Below the pieces are notes generated by a model. The model did no database searches, was not told the DNA's origin, and saw only the letters and a program-made list of their open reading frames with translations. Below, piece after piece: positions 29,945 to 41,379 of a DNA stretch of 64,000 bases (positions are counted from its first letter, which is position 1; every line of letters begins with the position of its first letter). The stretch comes from a bacterium (GTDB lineage: Bacteria > SM23-31): the NCBI GenBank assembly GCA_965249485.1, contig OZ252239.1:3296001-3360000 (forward strand), read 5' to 3'. Position numbers and translations under genes: made by a program.

Positions 29945-31581
29945 TTACATTGCTGTTCTCATTTCCATTGGCTGGGCAACCAACCACAAACTGAGTATAG
30001 AAAACAGAATCATCATGACAATCATGGGAATCTGGCTTCTTATTGCGGTTTTTCTCTCATTGAAAATGTAGTAAGCATGCCGATGAGAAATATAAATCCC
30101 AAACACATGCCCGATCTATGATCATACTCACCTGGAGTGCCCACACCGATTCAATAGAGAAGAGTGATGCTGTTTTCATTCCTGCCGTTCCGATCAGATT
30201 CCACCCGTACCCGAACGGGTCCGAAATCAGAACAACAAACTTCTGACTTTCTACGATAAAGTGTTCAATATTGTGTGCGACATGGTAAAACAGGGCAATC
30301 GGTACTATACTATATGCATATTTTATAAACAGAGTTTTCTGTGAAAGATCTTTAGCTCCTGCGGCTATTTTTGTCAACCAGACAAATCCATTATAAATAA
30401 CAATCGGAATGAGAATGCCGCCGGCCATACCGATCGAAAATGCTCCCATCTCGCTCATGTTAAAGACTGATTGAAGAGACTGTAAAACTGATTTCCAAAC
30501 GGGTGTCATTGTTAATCCGTGAAATGCTGTCAGAGCAAAGAGAATGAGTGCAAAGGTATGATTCATCTTTTCTCGGTTTTGGTGAGGTTACGAGGTCGTG
30601 TGCAAACGGGCGGACGTTAAGTGATACGTTGTCAAGTTTACAGCTCCGGAAACACTCCGCACACATAGCGCAATAGGTATTAGTAGTCATCGTTTTGAGA
30701 TTCATACCGGTCGGACAGGGGTAACCTGTCCCATTTCCCCGGAAGCAGTCAACCGTTTTACAGGTCCTGCACACATCTGGATTTTTGTGCCGGATTTCAA
30801 CCGGAGCAAACATTGCATACAAACCACTGACCCTTCCGACGAGACAACCGTAACGGCAAAACGATTTTTTCTCAAAGACCAATCCCGGAATAAAAACAAG
30901 ACCAAACATCAATAAACCGAGTATGGCAGTTTTTTCAGGACTAAACGTAACCTGATAACCGAGTTCAGTCCAGGTGAGAGCAATAAAAAAAATTATCGCG
31001 GGATAAATATTCTTTAAATATTTCGGCCACGGCAAACCGAGATTAAACAATTCCCGGTTTTTAACCTTCAGAAACGACATCCTGCGCAGCCAGCTTGTCA
31101 AAGCATCTCACGGACAGGCGTAACAGAACATTTTACCGAAAAACAGAATGATAAAAATTAGCCCGACCCACCAGATATTCCAGGTTAGTGTCGGTGCGAT
31201 ATTTCTGCCAGGATGCTGATTTCCATAGAACCCAGCAAAGAGGATTACGAGGAACAAAAACACGAGAGATGCCTGAAAAAACAACTGAATACTGCGTGAC
31301 TTAAAGAAAAGTTTTACCGGCTTAAATTGTGTAAGTTCAAATTTGAAATATGAATTAAGATGATTCGGTCGCCGTCGGATCATTTCAAAGATAACAAATG
31401 AAAGGAGCATGACAATCACGATAGATGAATAGTAGAGCCAGTCGGGAATACCCGCCATTAGGTGTTCACCCATCATTGACTGATCTGCTGGCATCCCTTC
31501 TGACATCAACTGATGTCCCATTGCCTGATGGTTCATCATTTGATGATTCATTTCCTGCATGTTTTGTGCCTGTTGCACCAT
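29945..31581 (-). pseudogene. Polyferredoxin-type (NapH/YccM-like) 4Fe-4S membrane protein with Met/His-rich N-terminus; one TGA and two frameshifts
   Basis: Fragments join as CYACP*DAL (TGA 31108-31110), FCRYGC, CRTCKTVDC, CP and CAMCAECFRSC. Frameshifts near 30553 and 30116; last frame ends LVAQPMEMRTAM-TAA at 29945. Confidence 0.8.
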
Positions 31582-31591
31582 AGCTGGCCTT

Positions 31592-32170
31592 CTATATTCT
31601 TTCGGGCAATACCATTATGCCTGTTCCCGGTGCTGGACAGAGATACTCACATATCCCGCACCCGTTACAAACATCCGATATCACCCTCGGTTTACCGTTT
31701 TCAACAACGATTGCTTCATTTTTAAGCGGACATTCCGTGTAGAAGTAGTCACAAATCTGACCCTGATAAGCAAAGCATTTATTCTGAATGAGATGCGCAG
31801 TACCCATATTGATTATAGTATTTGAGAGAAGCGCCTTTTCCGGGCATGCAGAAATACAGGGATAATCGTCGCAAAGGTAACAGGGAGTCTCTGAGGGTTC
31901 TATCATCGGAGTACCCACTGCCGCACCATATTTTACATCGGCCCGTTTCAGAGAATCATGGGAACATGCTGCAATACATTTGTCACATTTTGTGCATTGC
32001 ATCAGAAACGACAACTCATCAACCGCACCGGGTGGTCTGTGAAGCGGAATAACCGTTTTTTCGACTGTATTCGATAATGTAGTGCTGATTGCATCGGCAG
32101 TATAGTCGACAAATGTCCGCAGTCCGTTTCGCAAAAAATGTGATCTGCTAATGTCTTGTTTTGTGCTCAT
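31592..32170 (-). CDS. NapG/NapF/MauM-like 4Fe-4S dicluster protein
   Basis: RPPGA, CTKCDKCIAAC, CYLC...C and CNGCGICEYLCP. One expected ligand reads F (CDYF). Confidence 0.8.
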   Translation of the reverse strand: MSTKQDISRSHFLRNGLRTFVDYTADAISTTLSNTVEKTVIPLHRPPGAVDELSFLMQCTKCDKCIAACSHDSLKRADVKYGAAVGTPMIEPSETPCYLCDDYPCISACPEKALLSNTIINMGTAHLIQNKCFAYQGQICDYFYTECPLKNEAIVVENGKPRVISDVCNGCGICEYLCPAPGTGIMVLPERI

Positions 32171-32212
32171 GAGTTATGATAAGTTAAGGATTAATTGACA
32201 GCTTGAAACATC

Positions 32213-32770
32213 TCAACGTTTCTGCCTCCGTTTGTTGGTGAATCCAACCAGTAAGAATATTGCAAGAAAGAGTGAGCCTGTAACAATCGGAATCATATTG
32301 AAATTTGTTGTTCCTATTACTATCGGAAAAGGAATTTTTTCGAAAAAATCGTCTCTCGGTTCAAATGTCACATTAAAAAAGAACTGCTCTGCTTCAGGAA
32401 ATTCAAGACTCATTTTATATTCATTATATTCCGATTTTACCATTCTGGGTATTGCGATTACTTCCTCTCCGCCCAGAAACGTTATTTTTGTTACAGACAA
32501 GGTCACCGGACTTGTGTATGCTTCCCCTGTAATCTTGTGTTTAATATAAACCTTGATACGAACCGTCTCACCCGGCATCGGATTTCCCGGAAAAGTTGAA
32601 AATGTCACTACATATCCTTCGGCATCAGCATCGATCACCATAGTCGGAATCTGAGGATAATTTTTGGAATAGAGATAATGCGGCAGTCCGAGCTGATGAT
32701 GTGCAGGGATTGCTGTCGGAAAGAGAAAAATTCCGTACACAATTGCAAAAATTACGAGTTTACTTTTCAT
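32213..32770 (-). CDS. Exported hypothetical protein with N-terminal His-His and C-terminal membrane anchor
   Basis: Sec signal ending AIPA, then HHQLGLPHY, beta-rich body, C-terminal TM helix and basic tail. Confidence 0.75.
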   Translation of the reverse strand: MKSKLVIFAIVYGIFLFPTAIPAHHQLGLPHYLYSKNYPQIPTMVIDADAEGYVVTFSTFPGNPMPGETVRIKVYIKHKITGEAYTSPVTLSVTKITFLGGEEVIAIPRMVKSEYNEYKMSLEFPEAEQFFFNVTFEPRDDFFEKIPFPIVIGTTNFNMIPIVTGSLFLAIFLLVGFTNKRRQKR

Positions 32771-32801
32771 GTATTATAACCTCCCTGTATAAAACAGAGA
32801 T

Positions 32802-33371
32802 TCATGATTGAAAAACACGAATGGCTTTCGCGTCAACCGGGCATACCTCTTCACAGAGTCCGCAACCGACACAAAGTTCATTTATTACTTTCGGGTACCG
32901 CTGCATATCAAGCTCAACCGCATTTAACGGACACACCGAATAACACGCGCCACATACACTCCGGCCGATAAACGGTAGACACAGATCTTCTTTCAAAACG
33001 GCCAGACCCATTGCCACCTGCTCGGGTTTCGTAATCGCTTCCAACACACCTGTCGGACAGACTGGCATGCATTTCATACAGAGATTACATGCATTTTCGG
33101 ATGCCACGATATATGGTGTATCAGCAATGACATCTCCTTCAAGACTCCCTGTAAAAAAAACAATTGACCCTTTCGGACATGCTTCTGCGCATGCGAAACA
33201 ATTAATACAGCCCTCCAGGAACATCGGTTCAGGTAACGCCCCCGGAGGTCTCAGATAAATTTTCTCAAGACCAAATTCGTACAACCCCTGCTACCTGCCT
33301 CCAGCTTTACAGGAGAGCGAAAACAGCAGGATATTAAAACTTGAATATTTTAGAAAATCTCTCCGTTCCAT
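32802..33371 (-). pseudogene. NapG/MauM-like ferredoxin with Tat signal, in-frame TAG at codon 27
   Basis: MERRDFLK Tat signal from ATG 33371, TAG at 33291-33293, then LRPPGA and four Cys-cluster motifs. Confidence 0.8.
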
Positions 33372-33387
33372 AACCTACATAATTGTT

Positions 33388-34416
33388 TTATAATTCAGAA
33401 TCACCATTAAGGTAATTATTAACAAGTATCCTTTTTTTATCAAACCGGTCTTTATAGCCCATGAGTATATTGTTTTTTTTGCTTCCGGCCAATTCTATTG
33501 TGTTGCTGAACCGTGGACGTAGTGTGTATTCAAGTGCACCCGGTTTGCAGACTGATATACATAATCCGCATTGGTCACAGTCCGCCATTAATTCTTTCGT
33601 CATGGGTTTCAGGTCATAGGGACAAATCGGTATACAGTTGCCACATTTATCACAGAAAGTATCGTCACGCTTAATTTTGAGAATCCGAATTCGTGAAAGC
33701 ACCGTATAGACAGCACCCCCGGGACAGATATATCTGCACCACCAGCGCCGAGAGAGGATGAGCTCAAAAAACAGAATAAAACCGATTATCAACAGTCCTG
33801 TTCCCCAAAATCCATAGAAAATTTTATAGAATATCTCACGGCTGATAACCGCTGGAGGATAGATTAGTGCAAGCAAGGGTCTACCGGCAGCAAACGCAGC
33901 AATTAATCCGAATAATAGAACATAATACTTTGTTTTTGTGCTGAATCTGATATTGCGGGTGTTGTATCCGGTTTTCTTAAGGAGACCGCGAAGCTTATCA
34001 TTTAATTCGAGTAGCAGGTTCATCGGGCATATCCACCCGCAGTAGACTTTACCGAGGAATATTGTCAAAACAACGGGAATGAGAATAGAAAGCAGCATCG
34101 GGCCATAGAGAAATACAGTAATGACGGTCGATTCGACAAAAGCAAGAGGATCGGACATTTTAAAACCGAATATATCAATTGTCCAGACAGATCCTTTAAC
34201 TTTATGGGTAAGTTCTATTACCTCGTTTCTGTTGTCTCCTTCAAAAACCGAATGAATTGAGGAATAAATCCATGAGTCCCCAATGGAGAAATCATCTTTC
34301 TGCTGGATCAGAATTCCGTAATAATTGAATAGCGGAATACCGATTATCAGGAGAAAAACAAACACCTGAACCGGCCGGCGAAGCTTTTGAACAGTTATAG
34401 AATTAACTTTAAACAT
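33388..34416 (-). CDS. napH: NapH/MauN-family quinol dehydrogenase membrane subunit
   Basis: GKVYCGWICP, WCRYICPGG, CDKCGNCIPICP and CDQCGLCISVC motifs; TM helices. Confidence 0.8.
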   Translation of the reverse strand: MFKVNSITVQKLRRPVQVFVFLLIIGIPLFNYYGILIQQKDDFSIGDSWIYSSIHSVFEGDNRNEVIELTHKVKGSVWTIDIFGFKMSDPLAFVESTVITVFLYGPMLLSILIPVVLTIFLGKVYCGWICPMNLLLELNDKLRGLLKKTGYNTRNIRFSTKTKYYVLLFGLIAAFAAGRPLLALIYPPAVISREIFYKIFYGFWGTGLLIIGFILFFELILSRRWWCRYICPGGAVYTVLSRIRILKIKRDDTFCDKCGNCIPICPYDLKPMTKELMADCDQCGLCISVCKPGALEYTLRPRFSNTIELAGSKKNNILMGYKDRFDKKRILVNNYLNGDSEL

Positions 34417-35074
34417 TCTGAACTCTATCGTTTTGAACCGGGATAATTCTGATTGCCTGCGGGTAGTGGTAGCAAATCCGCTCACACAAACCACACCCGA
34501 CACATTTTTCAACGTCAAGAATCGGCCGCTCCCACGGTCCGATTTTCAACGCTTCATCCTGAAGCGGGCATGCCCGGTAGCACACTCCGCAAATTCTGTC
34601 ATTATAGGAATAACACAAGTTAGTATCGAGTGTCGCATAACCCATTTTGACTTGTTTTTTAACTAAATTGATATTATCCTGCAGCGGCTGAAGAGCACCC
34701 GATGGGCAGACATTGTTACATTTCATGCAGAGAATACATCCCTGTTGGCGGGGTACGATATATGGTGTTCCTGCTTCTTTTCCCGATCCGATATCAAAAT
34801 ACCGAATACACTGATTCGGACAAACTTCACTGCATAATCCACACCGGATACATTTCTTGAGAAAATCTTCCTCATCGAGTGCACCGGGCGGCCGGAGATA
34901 TCTGAATTTCGCCTGTACCGGCAGCCACTTTAGCATCGACAGGAGATACATTCCTACGGTTAATGCGCTGTATTTAAGAACTTTTCTTCTATTCTGTTTT
35001 TTCGTATAAATACGACACAGGTTTTTTGAAAAAACTTCAATCGAATGCAGCACATTTTTCAGCGATGCGACCAT
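34409..35074 (-). CDS. napG: NapG/MauM-family ferredoxin-type protein
   Basis: Tat-like NRRKVLK, LRPPGA, CIRCGLCSEVCP, CILCMKC, CGVCYRACP and CVGCGLC. Confidence 0.8.
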   Translation of the reverse strand: MVASLKNVLHSIEVFSKNLCRIYTKKQNRRKVLKYSALTVGMYLLSMLKWLPVQAKFRYLRPPGALDEEDFLKKCIRCGLCSEVCPNQCIRYFDIGSGKEAGTPYIVPRQQGCILCMKCNNVCPSGALQPLQDNINLVKKQVKMGYATLDTNLCYSYNDRICGVCYRACPLQDEALKIGPWERPILDVEKCVGCGLCERICYHYPQAIRIIPVQNDRVQNV

Positions 35075-35082
35075 ATAAATTC

Positions 35083-37824
35083 TTACCCTATCCTATCGGT
35101 TATTTTTTCTATGCGAGCTGCAAGCTTTTTATAGTCTGCCTGACCCGAGACAGGATCAAATGCACGGTGTGCGACTTCGTTGACAAGCCATCTATTATGT
35201 TCAGGATCTGCATCGTCTGCAACTGACAGATTCCACGGTGAAAACAACATACCTTCCGGTACAATGTTTCGTGCCGGACGGACTTTGCTGTCGAGTCCAA
35301 CTGAAACACGAGCTTCATAACTGCCGCGCCGTGTCGAAATCCGAATCCAGTCACCATCCTGCAGTCTATTTCTGCGTGCATCACTCACGTTCATTTCAAC
35401 ATATTGCTCCATGACCAGTTTACGTGTTGTTGCAGAGCGAATCGATTTTGCGGTATGAAAATGCTCATAAACTACTCCGAGATTTAACCAGAAAGGATAT
35501 TTATCTTCCGGGACCTTGTCGTACCCTATTTTCGAAAAATCGAAATCAGGCATATCCGGTGTAAGACCGTAGTCACGGACTTTTACAAGTACGTCCATGT
35601 TATCAATCAGGAGAAAATCCGGATCAACACCGACTCTTCTCAGATCATCGATAACTTCAGGATATTTCGAATAGTCCTGCTGACAGAGCTGCATATTTGC
35701 TCTGCCATTCGGAGTTCTGAACATACCGTACGGTTTATCCGCCCAACCTGCTTCCTGGTTCATGTAGCGCCGTTTTGTACCACCCGCAAGCGCAATTTCT
35801 GCTGTCGGTGCCGGCCACTGCACGCCACGAACATCCCTGATTATCTGATACGGCGACACACCTCTTTCTTCGGCAGCTTTCAAAATGCCCGAGAAATCGG
35901 CATCAGATCCTTCACTGGCCTGTGCGATCTCAATAAAAATATCTTCAACTTTGTAGAATCCTTTTTCATTTTTTTCATACGGGAATATTGCATGTCCATC
36001 CAGACCGAGCAGGTTGGCAATCTCTATTCCCTTATCGATAACAATATCAAGATCGGGCTTACAATTCTCTTGTGGGTCGGCAGCTTTGTCTGTTACATAT
36101 ATCCGCCGTTCAGACTGAATATAAGTTCCGCCGCATTCACCCCATGTCGCAGCCGGGAATATGACATCGGCATACAGATTGTTTGGCGCATGCCGGTAGA
36201 TTTCCTGAACAACGACAAACATATTATTTAAGGCCGGACGTACCAGAGTTTTTGTTTCCGGAAGATCGATATGTGTTGCATATATGAGGAACATCGCCCG
36301 GACTTTTCTGGGATCTTCTTCCGGCAGGAGACCTCTTTCCATCATTCCGATAGCATAACCGGGATTGGCCGAATCAGCCACCTGTTTCAATCTGCCTTCA
36401 GGAATATTCTAGAGCTTCGTGAAGAGATCAATTCCCTTTTCATTATATTGACCACCCTGCTTCAACCCCTGATTGAAGGGTAACCGACCTGTCAAACCGC
36501 CTGTAAGCCGCTCACCCATGGCATTGGGCTGACCGGTCTGAGAATGTGGGCCGCAGCCGGGCCGTCCGATATTATTTGTCATAAGATGAAGATTGATAAT
36601 ACTGATAACATTACGCTGACCGCGGACACTCTGGTTATAACCGATACCCCAGAAGGTATGGACACCACCGGTACCGCGCTCGAGCCCTTTTTTTGTTGCC
36701 CGTGCCCATTCGGTTGCAATATTCTGCACAAACGACACTTCTACACCGGTCACTTCCTGTGTTTTCCGGGGATCATAACTTTTTTTAATACCTTCTATAA
36801 ATTCTTCCCATCCTGATGTGTGCTTACGCATAAAATCCCATGCAATGACATCTGGATGTTCATCGAGAAGGACATAAGCAATATTGTTGAGCAGAGTAAT
36901 ATCCGCATTCGGTTTTATCTGTGCATGGTATGCGTTATTTGGATTGACATCTTCAAATCCCTGAACCGTTCCAGTTCTCCGGGGATCGACGACCATTGTC
37001 GGGATATCTTTTGCACGTTTATGATCGACAGCCCTCCAGAACACAATTGGATGTGCCTCGCGGGGATTATGTCCCCAGAATGAGAGAAAATCACACATCT
37101 CAATATCTTCATAGCTTGTGGGAGGAGCATCCGAGCCGAGGGTTTTGATATAAGCGGTGACCGCACTGCTCATACACATCCGGGCATTTGCTTCCATCGT
37201 ATTGGAACCGATGACACCCTTCATAAATTTGTTCTCGAGCTATTGGCCTTCAAACGTGAGTTGTCCCGATCCATACAATCCTATACTGTTTCCTCCGTAT
37301 GTCTGTATGAGATGCGCAACCTTGTGAGCGGTCATCTCACTCGCCTCTTCATATGGCACCTCAACAAAATGCTCATCGTCAAAAGAACCTTTAGTTTCAG
37401 ATGAAAAACCGAGATCTCCGTGCCCCGGTTTATTCCACTCTTCCCACGTATCTTTTCTGACGAGCACTTTTGTCAATCTGTCGATATAAATAGGCTCGTT
37501 AGCAGTTAACCCTTTAATGCACTGCATGCCTTTATTTGTTGGATGGCTTTTGTCGGGTACCATTCCGACGATCTTGCCATTCTCGACCTGAATCATTGTT
37601 CCACAGCCAACACCGCAATATGGGCACGCAGAAAGGAAATTATTGGTTACCTGTGGAGTTGCTTCGGAACGGGCAACTTTTATTTCCTGTTCTCTCCCAC
37701 TGCATCCTACAACATTTCCGGCTGTAATAGCAGACATTGTTGCAGAAGCCTGAAGAAATTTTCTTCTTGTCAGCTGAAATTTATTTTTCCCATTATTTCC
37801 CGGGCTTTTTTTCTTACTGCTCAT
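35083..37824 (-). pseudogene. Tat-exported molybdopterin oxidoreductase of the nitrate reductase (NapA/NasA/NarB) family, ~913 aa, two in-frame TAG codons
   Basis: Three track ORFs share one frame, separated only by TAG at 37240-37242 and 36409-36411. Motifs: TRRKFLQ Tat signal, CPYCGVGC...CIKG [4Fe-4S], NARMCMSSA Mo-ligand Cys, GQPNAMG, and a C-terminal molybdopterin dinucleotide-binding domain. Confidence 0.85.
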
Positions 37825-37834
37825 GGTATACCCC

Positions 37835-39784
37835 TTAATTTGTATGTTTCGGTATAATGATTTTTTGCCATGTACGGATATACGACACAATATCGTCAAT
37901 TTCTTCGGCGTTTAATTCTACATTACCCTGATCTCCTTTTGCCCACGACCGCATTGCGGTCCCATTTCGCTGGTTCCGTGGCATCCTGCACACATCGTAT
38001 CGAACAGAATCTTTCCCCGAGATGGTGTTCCAGGACTGATTCCCGGATGGATAATGTCTGATTCCTGTTTTTCATGACTCCGGATGTAAGCAACAATGTC
38101 ATTCAGTTCCAAACGGGAGAGATTACCAATACCTTGAAATTCTTTGGCAAAACTGAGCATTGCACTATTGGAACGCCCTCTGCTCGCGGAATTATAAATA
38201 AACTGATCTGATGCAGCTGCAAGAAAATCCTTATTGAATAATGCAGGTCCGATCGTTCCTTCACCGTTTATGCCGTGGCAGCCGGAACACATGCCCACAA
38301 ATAGTGTATTGCCGCTTTCAGCATCACCCTGAATACGAGTTGATGATAAACTGAGCTGAGGTGTGTTTTGCCAGCTTCTGAGAAATCCTATAATGTTCGC
38401 AACATCTTCCTTTTCGAGAAATGACCAGGAAAGCATTGCCGTGTTTTCCCTGCCGGTAACAATCGTATCATACAGAAACCGGTCGGAAGCAATCGAGAGA
38501 AACTCTTGAGAATTGAGTGACGGTCCAATTCCACTTTCACCCTGAGCGCCGTGACATGTACCGCATCGTGACCGGTAGAGTTTTTCTCCAATGAGTGTGT
38601 TGCGAGGTACAGACATTACCTCACGAAAAGTAGGTGCTTCTTTTTTCCAATTCTTAATATATTGTATGAGACCTTCTATTTCTTCATCACGGAGGCCGCC
38701 GTTTTCATGTGCCCAGGAACTCATATACATTCCGCCCCTACCGTTTCTGATCGTTGATTCAAGCATATCATCAGAAGCCATTGCTAGAAACTCTTCATTA
38801 TTCAAAGCCGGTACAAACCGTTCGAATTCCCGGTACACATTGCTCTCACCGTTTTCGCCATGGCAGGTTTGCGCACAATATTCTATAAGATTCCTTACTT
38901 GGCAGTGATTTTCTGTCTCCTTTTATTTCCGCTAAAACTTCAAGAGAATAGTAGTCAGTCGAATATTCAGGAGTAAAAAGACTCATTGTATAGGTGATAA
39001 GAGCGGTCATTTCTTCATCACTGAACGTGTGTTTCGGCATTACAGAGCCAGGAGCTACCGTCTGCGGATCGATAAAGTGCTCTTCCAGCCAATTCACAAC
39101 CGACCGTTCACCATGAACATTCTCAAAACTGTATTCAATGGATGTTTTTTTACCCTGATTTGTCAGTTCCACACTGGTAATGCCCCCAGTCCCGCGCACA
39201 TTATGACATGAAAGGCATCCTTCACGGAGAAATATATTCTGCCCTTTCAGAAGCACTTCAGCTCCTTCGAGCTTTTGGTCCGTCTCAAATACCGACAAAT
39301 GACACCGCCCACAAGCTGATTGACCGTATTGCACCGGAATAACGGGATATTCCCAATGTATACCCTCAGACTGTGCAAAAACTTCTGTTGCACTGAGTGC
39401 TCTATCCTGCCCTCCATGGCAGATACTGCACCCAAACTCTTCAACCGGGTGATTTTGTATGTAGTTTCCGCTATGTGTCGCATGAAGTTGAGACTGATCA
39501 GTCATATTGGGATTTTCTATACCGTTATGACAACTGATACATCTGTCTACACGGTCGAAACCATCAAGAATATTTTGTTTGATTTCTACCTGAAAATTTT
39601 CAGCATTTTGCTGTTCTAATTCGCTTTCGGCCTTGGAAATCAATATCTCTTTAAATTCCTTTTGATAGTTTTTCCATTCCCGCAGAGAATTTTCTTCATA
39701 TGCCGATAGTCCGAAAAATATAAAGCAGATAATGCTCCCGGCAATTGTCAATTTCTGATAAAATCGTATATACTTTTTTTCCAT
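37835..39784 (-). pseudogene. Membrane-anchored multiheme cytochrome c (8 CxxCH), with one frameshift and one internal deletion
   Basis: CISCH, CSICH, CGRCH, CLSCH, CAxCH (restored by removing 1 nt near 38868), CGTCH, CSGCH and CAGCH. The last domain resumes in another frame (RNGTAMRSW...IDDIVSYIRTWQK) after ~30 missing codons near 37970. Confidence 0.8.
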
Positions 39785-39797
39785 ATCGTTGCTCCAA

Positions 39798-41361
39798 TTA
39801 ATGCAAAGGCCATTGTGATGGTGACCAATAAAAAGCCCAGTTAGGACCACGAAAATAGGTGCCCATTATTGTTAGGATTAAAAATCCTACAAGAAAAGCA
39901 GTGAACAATGCTATTGCTGACATGCGTGTTGATCCGGTTTGACGTAAGACATGGAGCGACCACCATGCGTAAAACAGCACGATAAAGGAACCTGGATTGA
40001 CGATAATGATCCAGAGCTGAGATATACTTGGAAACCAGTTTCGGAGCCATCCGAACTTGACCGTAAACGCCAGTAAAAGGACTGTAAAAACTGTCGATAT
40101 AACAGCAGAATTCAGAGCGACTTTTTTCCCTTCGCTTCCGGAAAACCAAACTCCGAAAAAGCGGTCTTCTCTATCGAGGAATGGAACCAACATTAATCCC
40201 ATAATCACTATCGTCGGTATGCCTATACCCCCCCATTTATCCTGAATACGAAACCAACTCCTGCAGTCCGAGGAAGTACCACGGGGCTTTTGCCGGATTT
40301 TCGGGAATGCTCGGATTCGCTATCGTTTTGAGAGGGGCATCAAAAAAATATGCAAGAATTGTCATCACAGCCAATGTCAGCATAAACACACCGACTTCTG
40401 CCCAGATAGCGACAGGCCATGTCATTACCGTGTTATCCGGCCCCCCGCTGAGCTGAGGTGAGCCTCCTCTCATCAAGCCCATGAGTCCATAGGTCTTTTC
40501 GGGATTTAGATTAAAGTTGCCCTTTATGTGTTCTTTACCACTGTTATCACGACCCTCTTCCCGGTTGATTATTTCATCGGCATTATCCGGTTTGCTGAGC
40601 CCTCCGTCTTTTCTGACACGCCAGAAATGGACGCCGATCAGTCCAAAAGCGACAAGCGGTAAAATCATAATATGGAGCAGATAAAACCGGGTAAGTGCCT
40701 CCTGTCCGATGACATTTCCCCCTATCAGCAGGTGTTTTATCAAGCCGCTGATATCAAAATAGCTTGTAATACCTAAAATATCAGTCAACTCTCTCGGAGA
40801 TGCGGCAATGTTGGCGCCTATTGTCACAGCCCAATAGGCAAGTTGGTCCCACGGGAGTAAATATCCGGTATAACTCAGCATAAGAGTCACCATAAAAAGC
40901 GTCATTCCAATGAGCCAGTTAAAATTCCTCGTCCGTTTGTAACCGCTGGTATAAAATACACGTGCCATATGGAGAATGACCGTAAAAACCATACCGTGAG
41001 CCGCCCACCGGTGTAGGTTCCGCATATACTTACCTGAAGCAACCACAAAGCTGATATCCCGGACATTATCATATGCAAGACTGGTCGTCGGATTATAATA
41101 AACCATCAAGAGAACGCCGGTAACACAGAGAATTATAAACAGGAAAAAGGTGATAATACCGAGACCCATACTGAATGCCGGTTTCAGGCAATATTTGTGG
41201 ATACGTGCAGATTGAAAATGGAGAAAGAAATTTTGAAATATTGCCTGCGACCGCTCTCTCTCCGACTTAGGCGGCCATGAATACCTGCGGAAAGATTCAG
41301 GGACTGTTTTTTTGAGTCCCTTTACATTATCCTGAAATGTTTTTAAGCCTTGCTCAGACAT
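39798..41361 (-). pseudogene. Cytochrome b of a Rieske/cyt b complex (b6-like + subunit IV fused), TAA plus frameshift near 40230
   Basis: RNLHRWAAH, LHMARV, TGYLLPWDQ, RFYLLH...VH heme ligands, and APWYF at the PEWY position. TAA at 40237-40239 and a G7 run at 40228-40234 break the frame. Confidence 0.85.
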
Positions 41362-41379
41362 ACTATTTTCTCCATGAAT

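Noticed and set aside
31108..31110. Selenocysteine at the in-frame TGA after CYACP
   Set aside because: The position corresponds to the residue after CxxxCP (likely Trp, TGG to TGA), not a Cys. The gene has two further frameshifts and I see no convincing SECIS.
21972..37242. Amber (TAG) recoding or pyrrolysine readthrough, suggested by 5 of 8 premature stops being TAG
   Set aside because: The implied residues differ by site (Trp/Tyr-like in the molybdoenzyme, Glu/Gln-like in djlA). TAA and TGA stops, frameshifts and a deletion affect the same region. TAG ends intact genes normally (1857, 12289, 16756, 52347, 61724), and no pyl genes or suppressor tRNA are in the window. A genome-wide codon-reassignment test would settle it.
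35083..37899. Three separate molybdoenzyme subunits, as the ORF track suggests
   Set aside because: All three lie in one frame separated by single TAG codons within continuous domains, so this is one interrupted gene.
40228..40239. Programmed frameshift, phase variation or a natural b6/subunit IV split at the G7 run
   Set aside because: The break falls inside the subunit IV-like part after APWYF rather than at the b6/IV boundary. An in-frame TAA precedes the run, and neighbouring genes are also broken.
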